Source of the DNA: Ascidiella aspersa
Lineage: Eukaryota
Length of the DNA stretch: 64,000 nt
Assembly (NCBI GenBank): GCA_963924565.1
Contig: OZ004608.1
Span: 23,746,001-23,810,000 of the forward strand
Direction of reading: 5' to 3'
Numbering within the stretch: the first letter of the stretch is position 1; each line of letters opens with the position of its first letter. This document shows, piece by piece, positions 26,211 to 39,300 of the stretch. Both the position numbers and the translations under genes were made by a program. The notes under the pieces are model-generated. The model saw only the letters and a program-made list of their open reading frames with translations, did no database searches and was not told the origin of the DNA.

Positions 26211-29200
26211 CGATGTGCGCTTCTGAGGATTGTCTTGCAAGTCTATGTCGATTGAAAAGATTTACCCCAAGTTGAAGTAACAGACATTGCAAGTTGTCAA
26301 CATTAAACATAGATCCAGAAAAACACATGAAAAACAAAAACATAAACCCAGTTTAGACTATTTAAATCATAAACACAAGTATAATAAATCTTTTATAATT
26401 TGTGACTGGTAACTATTCGACATACAACATAGAAAAAGAAGTACTTCAATATGTAATATTTTCCAAAAACGCTTACTTGTAACCGTAATTTTATAAGCAT
26501 TTATTTAAGACAAAACATTTGTTTTAAAAATCTTCATTCTACAAAAAATACTTTATCTAAAGAAGAAAATCCTAAAGTTATTCACCATTATTGTACGGTC
26601 ACTGACAGAAGAAAACGATCAATAGGTATTAATGCCCATAGCGATTTGTCTATGGCCAATACGTGCGTGCAACTGTCCGTCGTCGTTCTGCGCACTACCT
26701 CAAAAACAATTATCTTACGCTTCATTGACAATACTGTTTTTTAAACATTAGCCTCGACTCACAAACATTATTATGTACACCCGACTTTTTATTTTGACGC
26801 GGAAGCGTTTACCTAAAATACACGAAGAAATGCTGACCGGTCTGCAAAGCGCAAGCATTATGCCTTGCTTTTCTGAACTGCTGCGCCGCCAGACCCTAAC
26901 AACCCTACTGCCTCTAAAACATCTCACCCCGTCGGTGGCTATGCTTATTTTCATCCCTGTTCTCTCTCTAACATAAGTCAGGCTCGTAGACGCGCGGGAT
27001 CTGAGTGTGTGAGACGGAAATGGCTCGTTACGCCGATCAGGAAGTGGCTCCGAGAGCCGCGTCAAACGCCTATATGCCGCGTGTGTGGAAAACCGACGCG
27101 CGCGAGCACATATACAATCTTCCACCGCACACGGTGTATGTGTTGTGCGATGACTGTGTGCCACACCTTGATCAGGACACTCTCAATTCTTATTCCTGGA
27201 CCCCAATTACCGGCGACGAGAAAAGTGCATTGGTCGTGCCCCATTGCTTCACGTACTCCGTATTAGTGTATTTATCATGAGCACAGTTTTGGGTTCTCTC
27301 TTTACCCCTGTATACATTACGTCATGGCGAAACGCGCAACAACAAAATACAGTAGCACGAATCGGCCACTTTCGATACCACCATCCGTCAGCATGCGGAA
27401 GCAGCTGCGAAAATGCACACCCCATCACCAGCATCATCATCGTTCGTAAATAGCATTCGATTTGGTTGCTACCCTTCGCGAAACGCCACACCGCGTGTAA
27501 TGTGTGTTTTGTGTCGCTTTAAGACCCCAAGTGGTGCAACTAGGGGGTTGGCCGACCTTGCGGAAAGGTGTGAGGAATATATCAGGGTCAGAAGCAGGCA
27601 AAATGGGAATGGTTTCCGTTTGGAGCACTGACGTTCAAAACGGTGACTGACAACGCGATTAAACACGGGCGCTTCGGCTTTAGTCGAAAACCACTCCTAC
27701 GCACCAGTCACACGGGCCGAAAGATCTTAAGGCGACAACACTCAGTCATTGTCATTGGAAGAAAAGGTAATACGTCGCCAACACGTGAGTAAATACAGGC
27801 CTTGCCGATCACGCTACATTGCTGGACCGGATTCAATGTGGCCGTTTTCCGCCCATTAGGGTACTTTATGGCGACAGTCAACGGCTTTATTTAATTTGCG
27901 CTTCATTACCTTAATTGATGTCCGAACTTGATGTTGTACCCTAATACGCCCTAAAGAAACAGGTAGTTTACGAGATGACGTGTACGCCATCCGGTCAATT
28001 AATAAAGCTAACGGCCTGATTAGGACCCATCGTCGCTAAGACAAGCGAAACTTTTTTGGATTATGACGCCGACGGCCTTCCGCTGCGAACTGTTCTAAAT
28101 ACACTGTAACCTCATTTATATTGTCGGTCAACTGTGGGTTACATTTTTGTTTCTAACAAGTGAAGTGTGTTAAAACGTTTTTTTTTTTTATAAACAACGA
28201 CAGGAGAGTGCTTTTGCAGGGCGCTTTTCGGTCAGTTCTGGTGCGACTGACGGATGGGAAGCGGTCCGGAAACGCCCTCCGAAAATAGTTCGTCGCTGCC
28301 ATTGTTTGCAAGCGTCGACCGCTATGCTAGTTTTACCACAGCATTGTACTAGCAGAATATTCTGTAATTAACCCAAGAAGGCACAAGTACTTATACACGT
28401 AGAGACGAACGCCCCTAAAGGCCATTGTGCGGCGTTCAACAGGAAACGTTAACAGGTGAGAGGAAATTCGATGGCGTAATTCTCCTGATGCAGAGCGATA
28501 AGAAACCAGTTGGTCACTTTGATGACTATAAAGCTGTCGTAAAATTCAAGGCGTATGAAGAAACAGTTTGGGAAACAAAGTAATCGTAAGCCATAAATAT
28601 GCATGACAAAAATGTGCACAACAACATTTTAAGAATATTTTACCAAACAAAAATTTTCATGCTGCTGGAGTGCTTGTTCTTCTACAATTGGGTGATCCTA
28701 TGTCTCAATAGTCGAACATAGATCTATTCTATATCCATTACTATCACAATAATAGATAGTTAAACAATAAACTTGAGCAATCGAAAACACTTAGCGATAT
28801 AACTGCAGGGTATTTTTTTGTGTAAAATGCTGTGACTAACGAACATCCTGCAATACGCAATGCCGAAATAAACTGGCGCTATTGGGAAATATTACAGGTT
28901 TGCTAAGCATAAAGACGCCCCGGGAAACGGAATGATTGACTTGCTACTTTCGAAATATTCCGGAAGCGATGTGGTCGATTTTAATGGCAATGAATTGGCG
29001 TTTGATTTTGGCGCGTTGGTCGCTCGATTACTGAGACAACCCTGTAAACGAGCGATCTGACGCTATGTATTGCTCGTGAAAGGGTAATATGTGAAAGAAA
29101 ACCGGAAAAAATAGTAATAGGTGGATGCGGGCCGGGACTGGCTCGGCCGGACGCCGACGGTTCGAGACAGCAGCTGCTGTTTATAGCAGAAAAGCGTGGG

Positions 29201-31763
29201 AACACAACGGAACGCAGCTACCGGGCGCCCAATCAACCAAATCACACCGGAAGTCGGCGTTCTGCCTTCATCCGGGTTTGGATAGGCTTATTATTGATGT
29301 AAAACAAAGAACATAATTAAATTACTTGCGTTAGTTCATACAACTGTCCAATAAAAAAAATAAAACATAGAGGCTATTTTTACGCAGTGGCTTTGTAAAA
29401 TTGACATTTATTTATTGACACATACCCAATATTGCATTTAGCGATAAAGATAGTTTATTGAATAAGATTTTGATTAATCCGACAGTGGCGCAGGACAATC
29501 GACCGGACGTCGAACCATGAAAGCTCGTCAAGTTCGCGCTCCATACTTAAACAAAGGGCCGCGAAATTTCCTCAATTTCCCGTCCCCGGTCGCCCTCCCT
29601 CCACTGAAAGAGCGTTCGCTTGTTTTCGGCCTTTACGTCGGGTGCCAGGCAGTTTTCATTTCCGTCGATCCTGGCCACGGGCAGCGCTTCCCACGCTCCC
29701 TGGGGAATCGGCACGAGACCCGGAAAAGGACAATACAAGCAAGCGATCACCAACCCAGCGCCCGCGTTCGCCATTTGAACTTCTCCCGAAGGCTCAAGCC
29801 GTGAATCAGTGGCGGTAGAAAATCGATGCACAGGCGTAAGCCTTGAGTACTTCTTTGCGCCAAAAGCATCGCAAAGCAAATGGTCGCTATTGTGCATTTT
29901 GACAAATCAAATGCTACTAAACCGTAAAATTTGAAATAAAGGGTTTTATAAATGTCGTATAATGATATTAAATTTATGGCCATTAACGATTGTGTTTCTA
30001 ATTTTTGTTCGAGTAACTGTGTAATGGTAAACAAACCGCCAAATATAGACTAGCCGTTCGTAATAGAAACACGGTATCCCATAAATACATTCTGTACGTA
30101 GGTTGCGTTAAGATAGGCTGGGCATGCGGTCCGCACCTGCCCAGTTAAGGCCAACTTTCTCCTAAATAGTTACCTGTTTTGCGCACCACACCACACTTGC
30201 GTCTCTTACATACGCAAAAATCACGTGACATTTACGTACAAGTTGCGCCACCAGCTAAACACACACCCGGTTCGCGGAACAGCTCGCCACAGGCTTCAGT
30301 ATTATGTCGCCGTAAACACGACACAGCGACACACACAAGCACGCACGCAGTAAAATTGGGGTGATTTGAGTTCGAACAGCGATTATTTCTCATATGAAAA
30401 ACCAAGCTTCCGCTAACTTCTGCAAACTGTTCCGGCGAACTTTGTGTAATAGATTAAGGTATCCGGTCGCAAAACTAGATAGGTAATACAGTAATATGAT
30501 AAAACGCTGTAAGTCTACTTTTCCTAACTTTCGTGTTATTATGTGGGTAGCCATACAGGTTTTTTAGGTCCTCAATTCTCCAAACCTATTTAACTAAATG
30601 AATACAACGCTTAATTTTCTATTGTCGCTAGTACTGCGAAGGGTAACTCATGGACACTCGTTTCAGCATATTGTTGTTTAAATTACAAAACCTAATTGTA
30701 TTACACGTTTGGCCATATGAAAACGTTTTGGCCATTTTGTCACTTACAAAATATAAGCATAACCATATATAGAAAGTGTAGTTGATGAGGCGCCAGCATA
30801 TAGGTGCTATAGTATACAAGGTTTGGAACGAATTCCGGTCGAATGATGTCGTACTTTAACAATACTGTATATTACTCAATTTTTGCAAAGCTTGAACATA
30901 TGGCTAGTGTTAAACTGATGCGGTTAAAATTATGTTACTTTTTTAATAACTGTTTCGACACAACAAAAGACGGATTTAAAATAGTTACGTGGTACTGTGC
31001 AATATTTTTGGTATATTTACGTACTCAAATCACACATTGTTAGGCGAACTATCTCTATTATTTCAAGGTGTTAGGGACGGCAAGAGGTCAGGGAATATTC
31101 TAACACTTATGGACTTTAATGAAAGATATTTCCTCAATCCATTTCTCCAAAATATATTCGCCCGTCTAAATAGCTAGGTATATAACCAACAAAAAGTTAT
31201 AATACTATATTGTTAGAAGGTTGACATAGAAACAAAAATCATGAACAATCAAAAGACGCAGTTATAGGATCGTGGCTGTCCTCTCTATTGCTGTAATGTT
31301 AGTTTAATTTTGTGGTTAGTCTAAGAAGGGCAGTTTTGGCATCGGTCGAACCAAGATTCGACGGCCTACAATGTCAAAGCCCAACTGGCGAGTTCCACAT
31401 AATGATGAGGGCGACGGCTGCGCACAAAAGCGGGCGAGCAGATGTTGCTCATCCGGTGACACAAAGCACAAAGAAACAAACGCGAGTGCGCCGTCGCGAC
31501 GCGTCGTAAAGTAGACCAGACGTAAATGGCCCGCGCGACCAACTCATTTACTGGCGATAAATCCGGAACAGGCGGAAATACATTACGTTCGGACGAACGG
31601 ACATGACCGGTCTTAAAGGCTGTCGAATTACTTTTGTTGTGAAACTGGCTTACGTCAAGAATTCGATTTTTGGTCTAAGGGTCGATAACGCATCGTATCC
31701 TGTTTGTCGGTGACTATTGCGCAATACTGTTAAACCGGAAACTAAAGGAGACTATGTCCTTAC

Positions 31764-31953
31764 CTGACGTCGGTAGTTCTTCTGAAGCGGTTGATGATTT
31801 ATCGTCTGGTAATTTGCTTTGTTGCTGGTGATCGTAATAACACGTTGCCGTCGTATATTCACTTTTCTCAGCCGAGTTTTTTATATTGCCCAAGTCCCGT
31901 TTGCATGGGTCATTTCGATCGGATTCAGCATTTTCATACTTCAATGTCATCAT
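31764..31953 (-). CDS. Elk1/3/4: Probable alternative (distal) first coding exon of Elk
   Basis: MMTLKYENAESDRND...SEELPTS (63 codons) then a TCAG|gtaag strong phase-1 donor, in frame with the phase-1 acceptor at 21767; no other gene body downstream. Confidence 0.65.
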
Positions 31954-34067
31954 TTCGTATGTATAATACAGAAGAAAATGACCGGTTATAGTCACACGGA
32001 GACTTTCAAGTTGTTTATTAATCGAGTTTTTTGTAAGGAACCTCTAACATCATATGTTACCTAAACGAGCGACAGTGGTTAGACGAAGTTATAAACGACT
32101 TAGAAATAACACGACGTTTTTATAAAACAATAAACTAAAGTTTTACTACATCTTTGGTATGAGTATATATCAAGATTGTATTTCAGACATAAACTACAAG
32201 AGCAGTACACGTCATATACCTGTGTTTATCAATCTGTTACGCCATATATCTTCGTATCGGCATTACACCATATCCGACCTAACACTGAATAATGGTAAGG
32301 GCGACTTTTGGTGTACTTCCTTTATGCTAAAGTTTGACTAAACTGCGGAAGTGACTGACCTTTTGCTGCCAAGCTTGCTTTACACAAAGAAGTAACGGTA
32401 ACCTTTCAGCATTTCTTCCAGGCTCAAGTTTGGACAAACGGCGAAGTTAAAATGTAAAACAAACGCATACATCCGTGGCGGTATGTAGTTCTCTCCTACG
32501 AAAGCCCTTCAAGCCGCAGAGACTGGCGAAAAGAGCGGAAGTACACGCGCTGGAGCGCAAACAAATCAGCAACGAGAGCAACTGCGAACAAAGACAGAGC
32601 GAGTGGGCTCTAAACGAGAATGAAGCTTGTTTCTTTAAATGCCTTTTTCCTTTTCCGGCGGACAGCTTCTGTCTACACGGGGCTTTTTGTGCGGATATCA
32701 GCGCGCGCTCTAATCATTACAGCTGCTTTTCTTCGCAGTTGGAACCCTTCCTGGGATTTTCATAAACCTTCTCTTTGTTTTCAGACGTGAGCATCCTATC
32801 ACTTGACATTGTACAGCCCAAAGGGACATGTCACACGCGCTCTTGACACAAATAGATTGAGTTTCCGGCCACTTTACTTACGATTCTCATTTTAAATAAG
32901 TTTAAGTTTAACACACCAAAACAAGTAATTAAGTAAATCACTTCAAACACTTACAAATTACGTCAACCTATTAGTTGAAAAACTGAAAGTCATGTGTGTA
33001 TTCAAAGAAATAAGGCCTATGTTTAAATATTAGCATTTTTATTCATGCAGAAATCGTATAACTTTAAGCCGTGTTTCAAAGTGCTACATATAAAATGCAA
33101 AATACAAATTGGTATTTACAAACTCTTGGTATAAAATGGAGGCACAGTCATTGTATTAAAAAACAGTTAACATCTTTTTTTACATCATTTGTTTTATTAC
33201 TTAATCGATGTAATTCTTAAGTTAGAAAATGTAATAAAACAGTGCTTTCCACAAGACCGGCGGATAAACGTAAATGTTCATGACACCTGTTGTTCTAAAA
33301 CACGTTAGGCGTATATATTCTACCATACCAATCACTACTGGACACACAAAGCAGAGAAGCGATAAAAATGTTGCTAAAACGTCTTTATGTTCAGATTGGG
33401 AGGGAATTTGTATCATTAGATTTTCACATTTCTTTTTGATAGTGTTAGTTATTTTTCATAGTTTTTTTTAATAAAAAAGGAAAAAATACACCATGTAAAT
33501 TAAGTTGGAAGTTTTCACAGTAATTTTACTAAATGGTTAGTTTATGAAAGATGTTTATCACCACCAAGTGACCGAAAAAATACAAAATACAAAGTAGAAA
33601 AAGGTTTATACATTATGCAATCTCTCCTTAAGAAACTATGACTGGTTGTTTTATTATTAAATCTAGACTCTAGAGCAAACTGTAAATAGCAATGTCTACT
33701 ATTTTGTTTAATGTGCGTAACACTTAGACTTAGATGCTCGTCGCACAGCTCAATATAAACAATACACGTCAATCTTGTCCACTTAGAACTCTCTCGTATG
33801 ACGTTGCAATGTATTTCAAGTGGCTTGGCAAGTTTCACTCATACAAGTAACGATAATTCACAACTTGATTAAGAGGCAACCATTGTTCAAAACAAGTGTG
33901 TCGAGATAGATTTAACGTAGACTATATTGTTTAAAATGTAGCGCGGTTATAATGAACGCTTATTTAAAAAAAAACGTTTATGTGTTCAGAAATTTATCTG
34001 TTAAGAACATCTCTGTTAAGTTGACACATTAAATTAGGTGCGTGAGGATGACACATTTTTATAAACA

Positions 34068-34615
34068 TCTATAAAACCATAGTATTAAGACCAACGCCAT
34101 AATGAAGCCAAATGCGCAGTAATATCCACGACAGACTAAGAACTTAATCGTATAACTCTAATTAATACAAAAACCTGTAGAAATAAGTCCTAAATTTATC
34201 GGAATAAGGCTTAAAGGGCCAAAACATAGAGAGAGGGTATTGGACGATCGGGGGCCGCCCGTCTGGCATCGGACGCTTTGGTGTCGACGTTTGGGCGCTC
34301 TAGTTTGAATGGCGCCGTTAGGGCGCTTTTTGGCACCAGATTTATTTGGCCCTGTTTGGTGTTTTAGGTGGGTAATGAATGGGGTTAGAAAAAAGGTTGA
34401 AATTATTAGGGGAGTTAGTGATATACATAGGGATGGGGTTTGGGTTTAGGTAAAATGTTTTTTAGGACTAATTCTCGCCATTTAGGTCTTACTCCGACGG
34501 GTTTAGGACTTATCTGATTAAACGGTTTTATGACTATTACATAGTAGTCCTATTTTAGTCTTATTCTGAACTGTGTTTTGTTCCGACGTTGACGCTGTTC
34601 TTATTTCGGTCTTAT
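34068..34615 (+). repeat. Dispersed repeat, copy 1 (homologous to 57358-58045)
   Basis: Colinear similarity from TCTATAAAACCATAGTATTAAG through CGATCGGGGGCC and GGCGCCGT.AGGGCGC to TCGGTCTTATG. Confidence 0.8.
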
Positions 34616-34745
34616 GAAGGTCTGTTTTGCCCGATTCAGTATAATAGTTTATCCATTATGTGGGTACCGAGCGCTATATGGACGAAATTCATTTTCAACC
34701 AAATTATCTTCACAATCTTACAGAAATTTCCTTCTCGGTGACATC

Positions 34746-35276
34746 CAGGCCTGCGGAGTCGGTTAAAAATAACCCGAGTCCAACTCCGGCCAATGAAGTA
34801 AACCCTAGTCCAGTGCTTCTCAACCTTTTTTCGCGGCGACCCAAATATTAAGCGTAAGTATGACGACTAAGCTTTGGCGACCCAATTGTTTTTTCTTGTA
34901 AGCAAAATAATAACTAGCTTCTTGTAAGCGAACAAAAAAATAGGCATTATAGGCATTAGCGTAAATAATTTCGAATTTTAAGAATTATTTTATAATACAA
35001 TTTTTCTTAATTGAGAAATATTTCTCAGAACCAATCTCAATAAACATATAAACTACTGCGGTTGGCGACCCAACCAAATTAAACAGCGACCCAATTTTGG
35101 GTCGCCACCCATAGGTTGAGAAGCACCTAGTTCGACTTCCGAGTCCCGGGTTCGACTCCGGCAAATACGCGATTTCGTCAAGTCCTGAACGTTCGGCTGC
35201 GGAAAAACAATTCCAAAAAACAAATCGACTCTGTCGAGTTCCGAGTCCCGAGTCCGAATCCGACTCCGCAGCTCTG
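34746..35276. mobile_element. hAT-like MITE with GAGTCG/CGACTC subterminal repeats
   Basis: TIRs CAGGCCTGCGGAGTCGG / CCGACTCCGCAGCTCTG; perfect TSD gtgacatc; related fragment at ~7479-7595. Confidence 0.85.
34811..35126. mobile_element. hAT MITE nested in 34746-35276
   Basis: TIRs CAGTGCTTCTCAACC / GGTTGAGAAGCAC (terminal TG lost); GGCGACCCA subterminal repeats; flanks ccctagtc / ctagtt. Confidence 0.8.
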
Positions 35277-36140
35277 GTGACATCTATTCCAAATTTTAAA
35301 CAAGATAAACGTAATGCATGCTATTTTGCGCTTCGTGCTTTCTAAAGTAAAAGTTTTCAACTATAACCCACTAAACGTATCGATACGCGATTAAATGAAC
35401 GGTATAGTTGCATTAATATGGTACTTTATTTCGAGAACAGAACGCTTCTTAGATAGCTAACTATGACGTCACGTTATGACGTCCCTTGTGATTTGTTGTC
35501 TATCATTTTTGTTATTAATACGCATACAACACCACATCGAAAGAAATGCGATACAAAAAGAGGCAAGACAAAACACATGTCAGATAGAAACGATTTAGAG
35601 AGGCCTTAAAATGTGTTACAACCTGATGTACACCAGTATACCTCTGAAAATGTGGTTGCGCACCGCAATGCAAGTTCATATTCTTCTTAGTTTGCTGACA
35701 GTTTCTTAAATTACTTGAAATGAGGGAAGCCAAAAGAAGAAAGAAAAAAAGAATACAAAAAATAAAGAAATACGTTTTTCGAACGTAAGCCTACTTGTGG
35801 CGTTAACAATAAATTTGTGACCTAAAATATTAGACAGCGCTTACAAAGCTCTTTGGTCTTTGTGTTTTCTGTAATTTTTAGCGAGCTATTAAAACTTTGG
35901 TTCAGGTGATTAAAAGCTATAACCTATTACGCTATAAAAATATTTCGTTTTACCAGGTATGATAAAATTTTCACCAATTTCGTAAACCAGAGGCACTATT
36001 ATTAACGCAAAGGTTCATTCTTATAATGGTAATTTGGGCAAAAAGTTAGGACCGTTAGATAGGACAGGGGTTCGCAACCTTTTTCCAACCTCGTACCAGT
36101 TGGACGTTCTGTACTGCCACGCGTACCACTTCTTGTAGAA

Positions 36141-36703
36141 CAGTGGTTCTTAACCTTTTTTCTACCACACCCATCTTTGCTAATTGTCCTGTGCCTTGCG
36201 TGATGACACACAATATATTGTTTGTATACATATGCTGCAAATAACATTACAAATTGGCGTAATAAAGTCTAAGTTCCCCCAAAGCAGTTCGTAGTTTGCA
36301 CAAAGCGTCTTTTTCGTAGTTTAATTGTTAAATTTTGCAAACACTCTTTGTGGAGAGGGTGGCATGGTGCGCAACTTAGATCTTCTATTCAAACATAACA
36401 TACTGTTCTGACTAAACACAGCCCCAATTGGCCGTAATAAGTAGCAAATATTGTCCAAAAATTCAAGAACCCATATTAAAACATACATTAAGTAGCCTCA
36501 AAGTTCGCAAAATTATGAACCGTTTTTCTTCAGTAACTTTGTCTAAATATGTGTAATTTTGATGTAATCCATAAGACAGCATAATAGCAGGTTTAATAAC
36601 TAACGCAACATGGAACTGATTAAATCATTATAAAAAATTAAATATTGGAGTAGAGCTTGCGCCCCCCTAAGATTTGCTTGGCGCCCCCGGTTAAGAACCA
36701 CTG
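36141..36703. mobile_element. hAT MITE inserted just inside another truncated MITE end (CAGGGGTTCGCAACC at 36065)
   Basis: TIRs CAGTGGTTCTTAACC / GGTTAAGAACCACTG; perfect TSD ttgtagaa. Confidence 0.9.
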
Positions 36704-39300
36704 TTGTAGAACAATTATTTTGATCGAATCACATTTTTCGAATCACATTTTTTTTACCTATTTTTAGCTAAAGACTAGCAATGTTGAATGCTATTTGTAG
36801 ATTAAGCTATAAATTAGCAGATGATATCTATCAAGAGCAACCATTTGACATAATTAACGTGGTATGGCTTTTCAAAGCACTTGTGCTCCTTGTTGACAAT
36901 TGACTTGACCTGTATTTTGAAGATGGTAATGGTACGAAACAACAGGAAAACTTACGAACTAAGAATATAGGCTTTGGGGATTTTTTATTTTTGTGTAAAA
37001 AAAACAGATTGACAAAATATAAAAGTTGTGAATCCAGGTTTTTGTGAAAAAAACGGAATCTACTCGCGTACCGGTACCACCTGAAAACCTTCGTATTTTT
37101 GCCGTTCCGTATTAGCGGTTTGCCCACTGCCACGCATGGTTTTTTCCTGTTATGTCAGGGAATATAGTGTTCAAAAGAGACAGTAGACAAACGATGAAAT
37201 GTGCAAGTCCTGAATTTTATATAAATCGGAAATAATTTTACAAATTTCGTTTCCAACATATCGAAATTCAAGAAGTTACACAACATTCGGCCTTTTGACA
37301 TAAACATTTTCCTTTAATTTGAACCGAAATTTAACTGTGGCATTAAAATGCTTCCAGATGTTATCGTTCATTAAGGTGTGCATTTGAACTCATCAATTAC
37401 AAAACTGTAGCCATTACTTAGCCTAATTATGATTTAACAATCACATTTGTCAATTCTGATTCTCTTCGCCGCGCGACAACAAAGGGGTCGTTATGGATAC
37501 AAAAAATAGAAGCAATAGAAAGCCAAAAACGCAAAATAATCGACTTAACACTGCTTTTTATGGCCCCAAGAAAGTATTATGTCAGGGATTTGCATTATAA
37601 ATAATGCCAACCCAAGCCCTTGTCTACTTTCATCAATAAAATAAAATCCTGATAAACGCTAAACTTTTTTAAGGCCTTATCCGTTTTATATTTAGTGCGG
37701 GAAATTTTACTGTGTTTAAAATTTAAAGCAAATGTTGAAATCGATCCTTCCAGTTTCTGATAAAACTTATTTTGGGTTGAAGATCTCAGATCTGTAGGCC
37801 CTATCCTTCTCGGCTGACTATTAAAATATTAAATCATTAAACATTACCTGCTTATGATTGAATCCAATTAGACGAGTGTTCCTTCATATTTTTTCCATTG
37901 GTTCCGGTAGTTGTCTTTCTGCCTTGCGGCTTGCGCCTCGGCTGCATTCCATAGGCTAATTTGTTGTCGTAAAAAATCCTGCAAAACAATTTTTTGCCGA
38001 AATACTAAAGATCTTTGCCGGGAGGCCCTCCTAAAATAATAAATAATTATCATACGAAAGGCAAATTGGTATTTTTCTAATATCAGACAACCTAATAAAT
38101 ACTAAACTTCATTGTCCGAAGCTGAAACAAGTTTGGGTTTACTTGGAATAAATTGCATTAAGGGTCGAAAGTACACCTCAATAATGTAACATATGGGCAA
38201 AATGGGTATATATTTGATTATTCAAGTTGCAGGTTTGTTGAAAAAAACTTGTGTGTACTTGCCATACTTTTGACAGTGCTAATTCAGCAGACATTTCACA
38301 TTGAGCACAAAAAAATTGCATGTCCTTCATATATTAACGTTTATCAAGCATTTACACAAACATGTTATAGTGGTATGGCCGCAAATAAATCACTTAAAAA
38401 TTTGGCTCAAAGCACAAAAATTTTGTTAACATGTTACCAAATAACAGGAAACAAAAAACTAAACAAAATAAAGTTAAAAAAAACACAGTTTGTGCAGGGG
38501 TTGGAATTTTTGGCCGGTATGCAGCCCAGGTTTGTTCAAGCAATTTAGAATTTCAGAACAACATTCAAATAAACCAACTCCAGCATGCACAATACCAAAT
38601 ATGAAGCATATAAATAACTGTGTATCTTGTAGGTGGAATAACATATGTTTCAACCATATTGTAGGTAGATGAGTTGTACGACACCTGGTTAGTGGATTGC
38701 TGTATATCTACCCTCCGTCCCTATTTAATTACCTAAACGGGTGGGATACAGGCTGAGAATTGGACCTGGAATCAACACATTTGGCAGGAGACAGACTCGA
38801 CTAGTTTTTTGGGCCAAACTCTGGTTGTTTTTATTCAACTTAACACCATCGTCAATCATTGATTTCAGACTGAGTTCTCCAATCCTATGACAATTCATTA
38901 TTTCAAAATTGAGCTGTGCTATTTACTTATTGAAGTTTAGTGTGTGCACCTGCCACAAAATGCAGACTGAACAGGATCACAACTATGCTTTTACCAAATT
39001 TAACAACGGGAATTTAGAATTTGTTTTACTTGAAAATGATTTGTTTATTTAGCAGATAACAACCTATTTTGAATGGCCAACAGGCTATAAATGTGTTAAT
39101 ATACTATTATCGTACAATTTTCTAAAACATATATAAGATTTCAGTTGTAACATTTTTTTTGGACTTTGTTTAGCAAAATCAAATCCAGCATATTTGTTTT
39201 GTCCTAAATTGTAATACAAAGTTCATAGTTTCATTGTACTAAAATTTAAATGAATAATTTTAATATCCTAAACCTTGTTTAAATATTAAACATTGTCATC

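Larger units (their letters stand above)
20390..32870. promoter_or_regulatory. Elk cis-regulatory domain rich in ETS (CCGGAA/CGGAAG) sites
   Basis: About 20 CCGGAA/TTCCGG hexamers counted by eye, including a perfect ACCGGAAGT at 29246-29254; CpG-rich; no recognisable MITE. Confidence 0.6.

Noticed and set aside
26243-26310. Upstream ATGs (uORFs) before Elk ATG 26210
   Set aside because: The first AG after the pyrimidine tract is at ~26243, so these ATGs are probably intronic
30118-30144. Short hairpin CTGGGCA-TGCGGTCCGCA-CC-TGCCCAG
   Set aside because: Too short; no tRNA, snoRNA or miRNA features
21800-30400. Many 60-150 aa ORFs in Elk intron 1 and upstream
   Set aside because: No domain similarity or consistent splice structure; expected in GC-richer regulatory DNA
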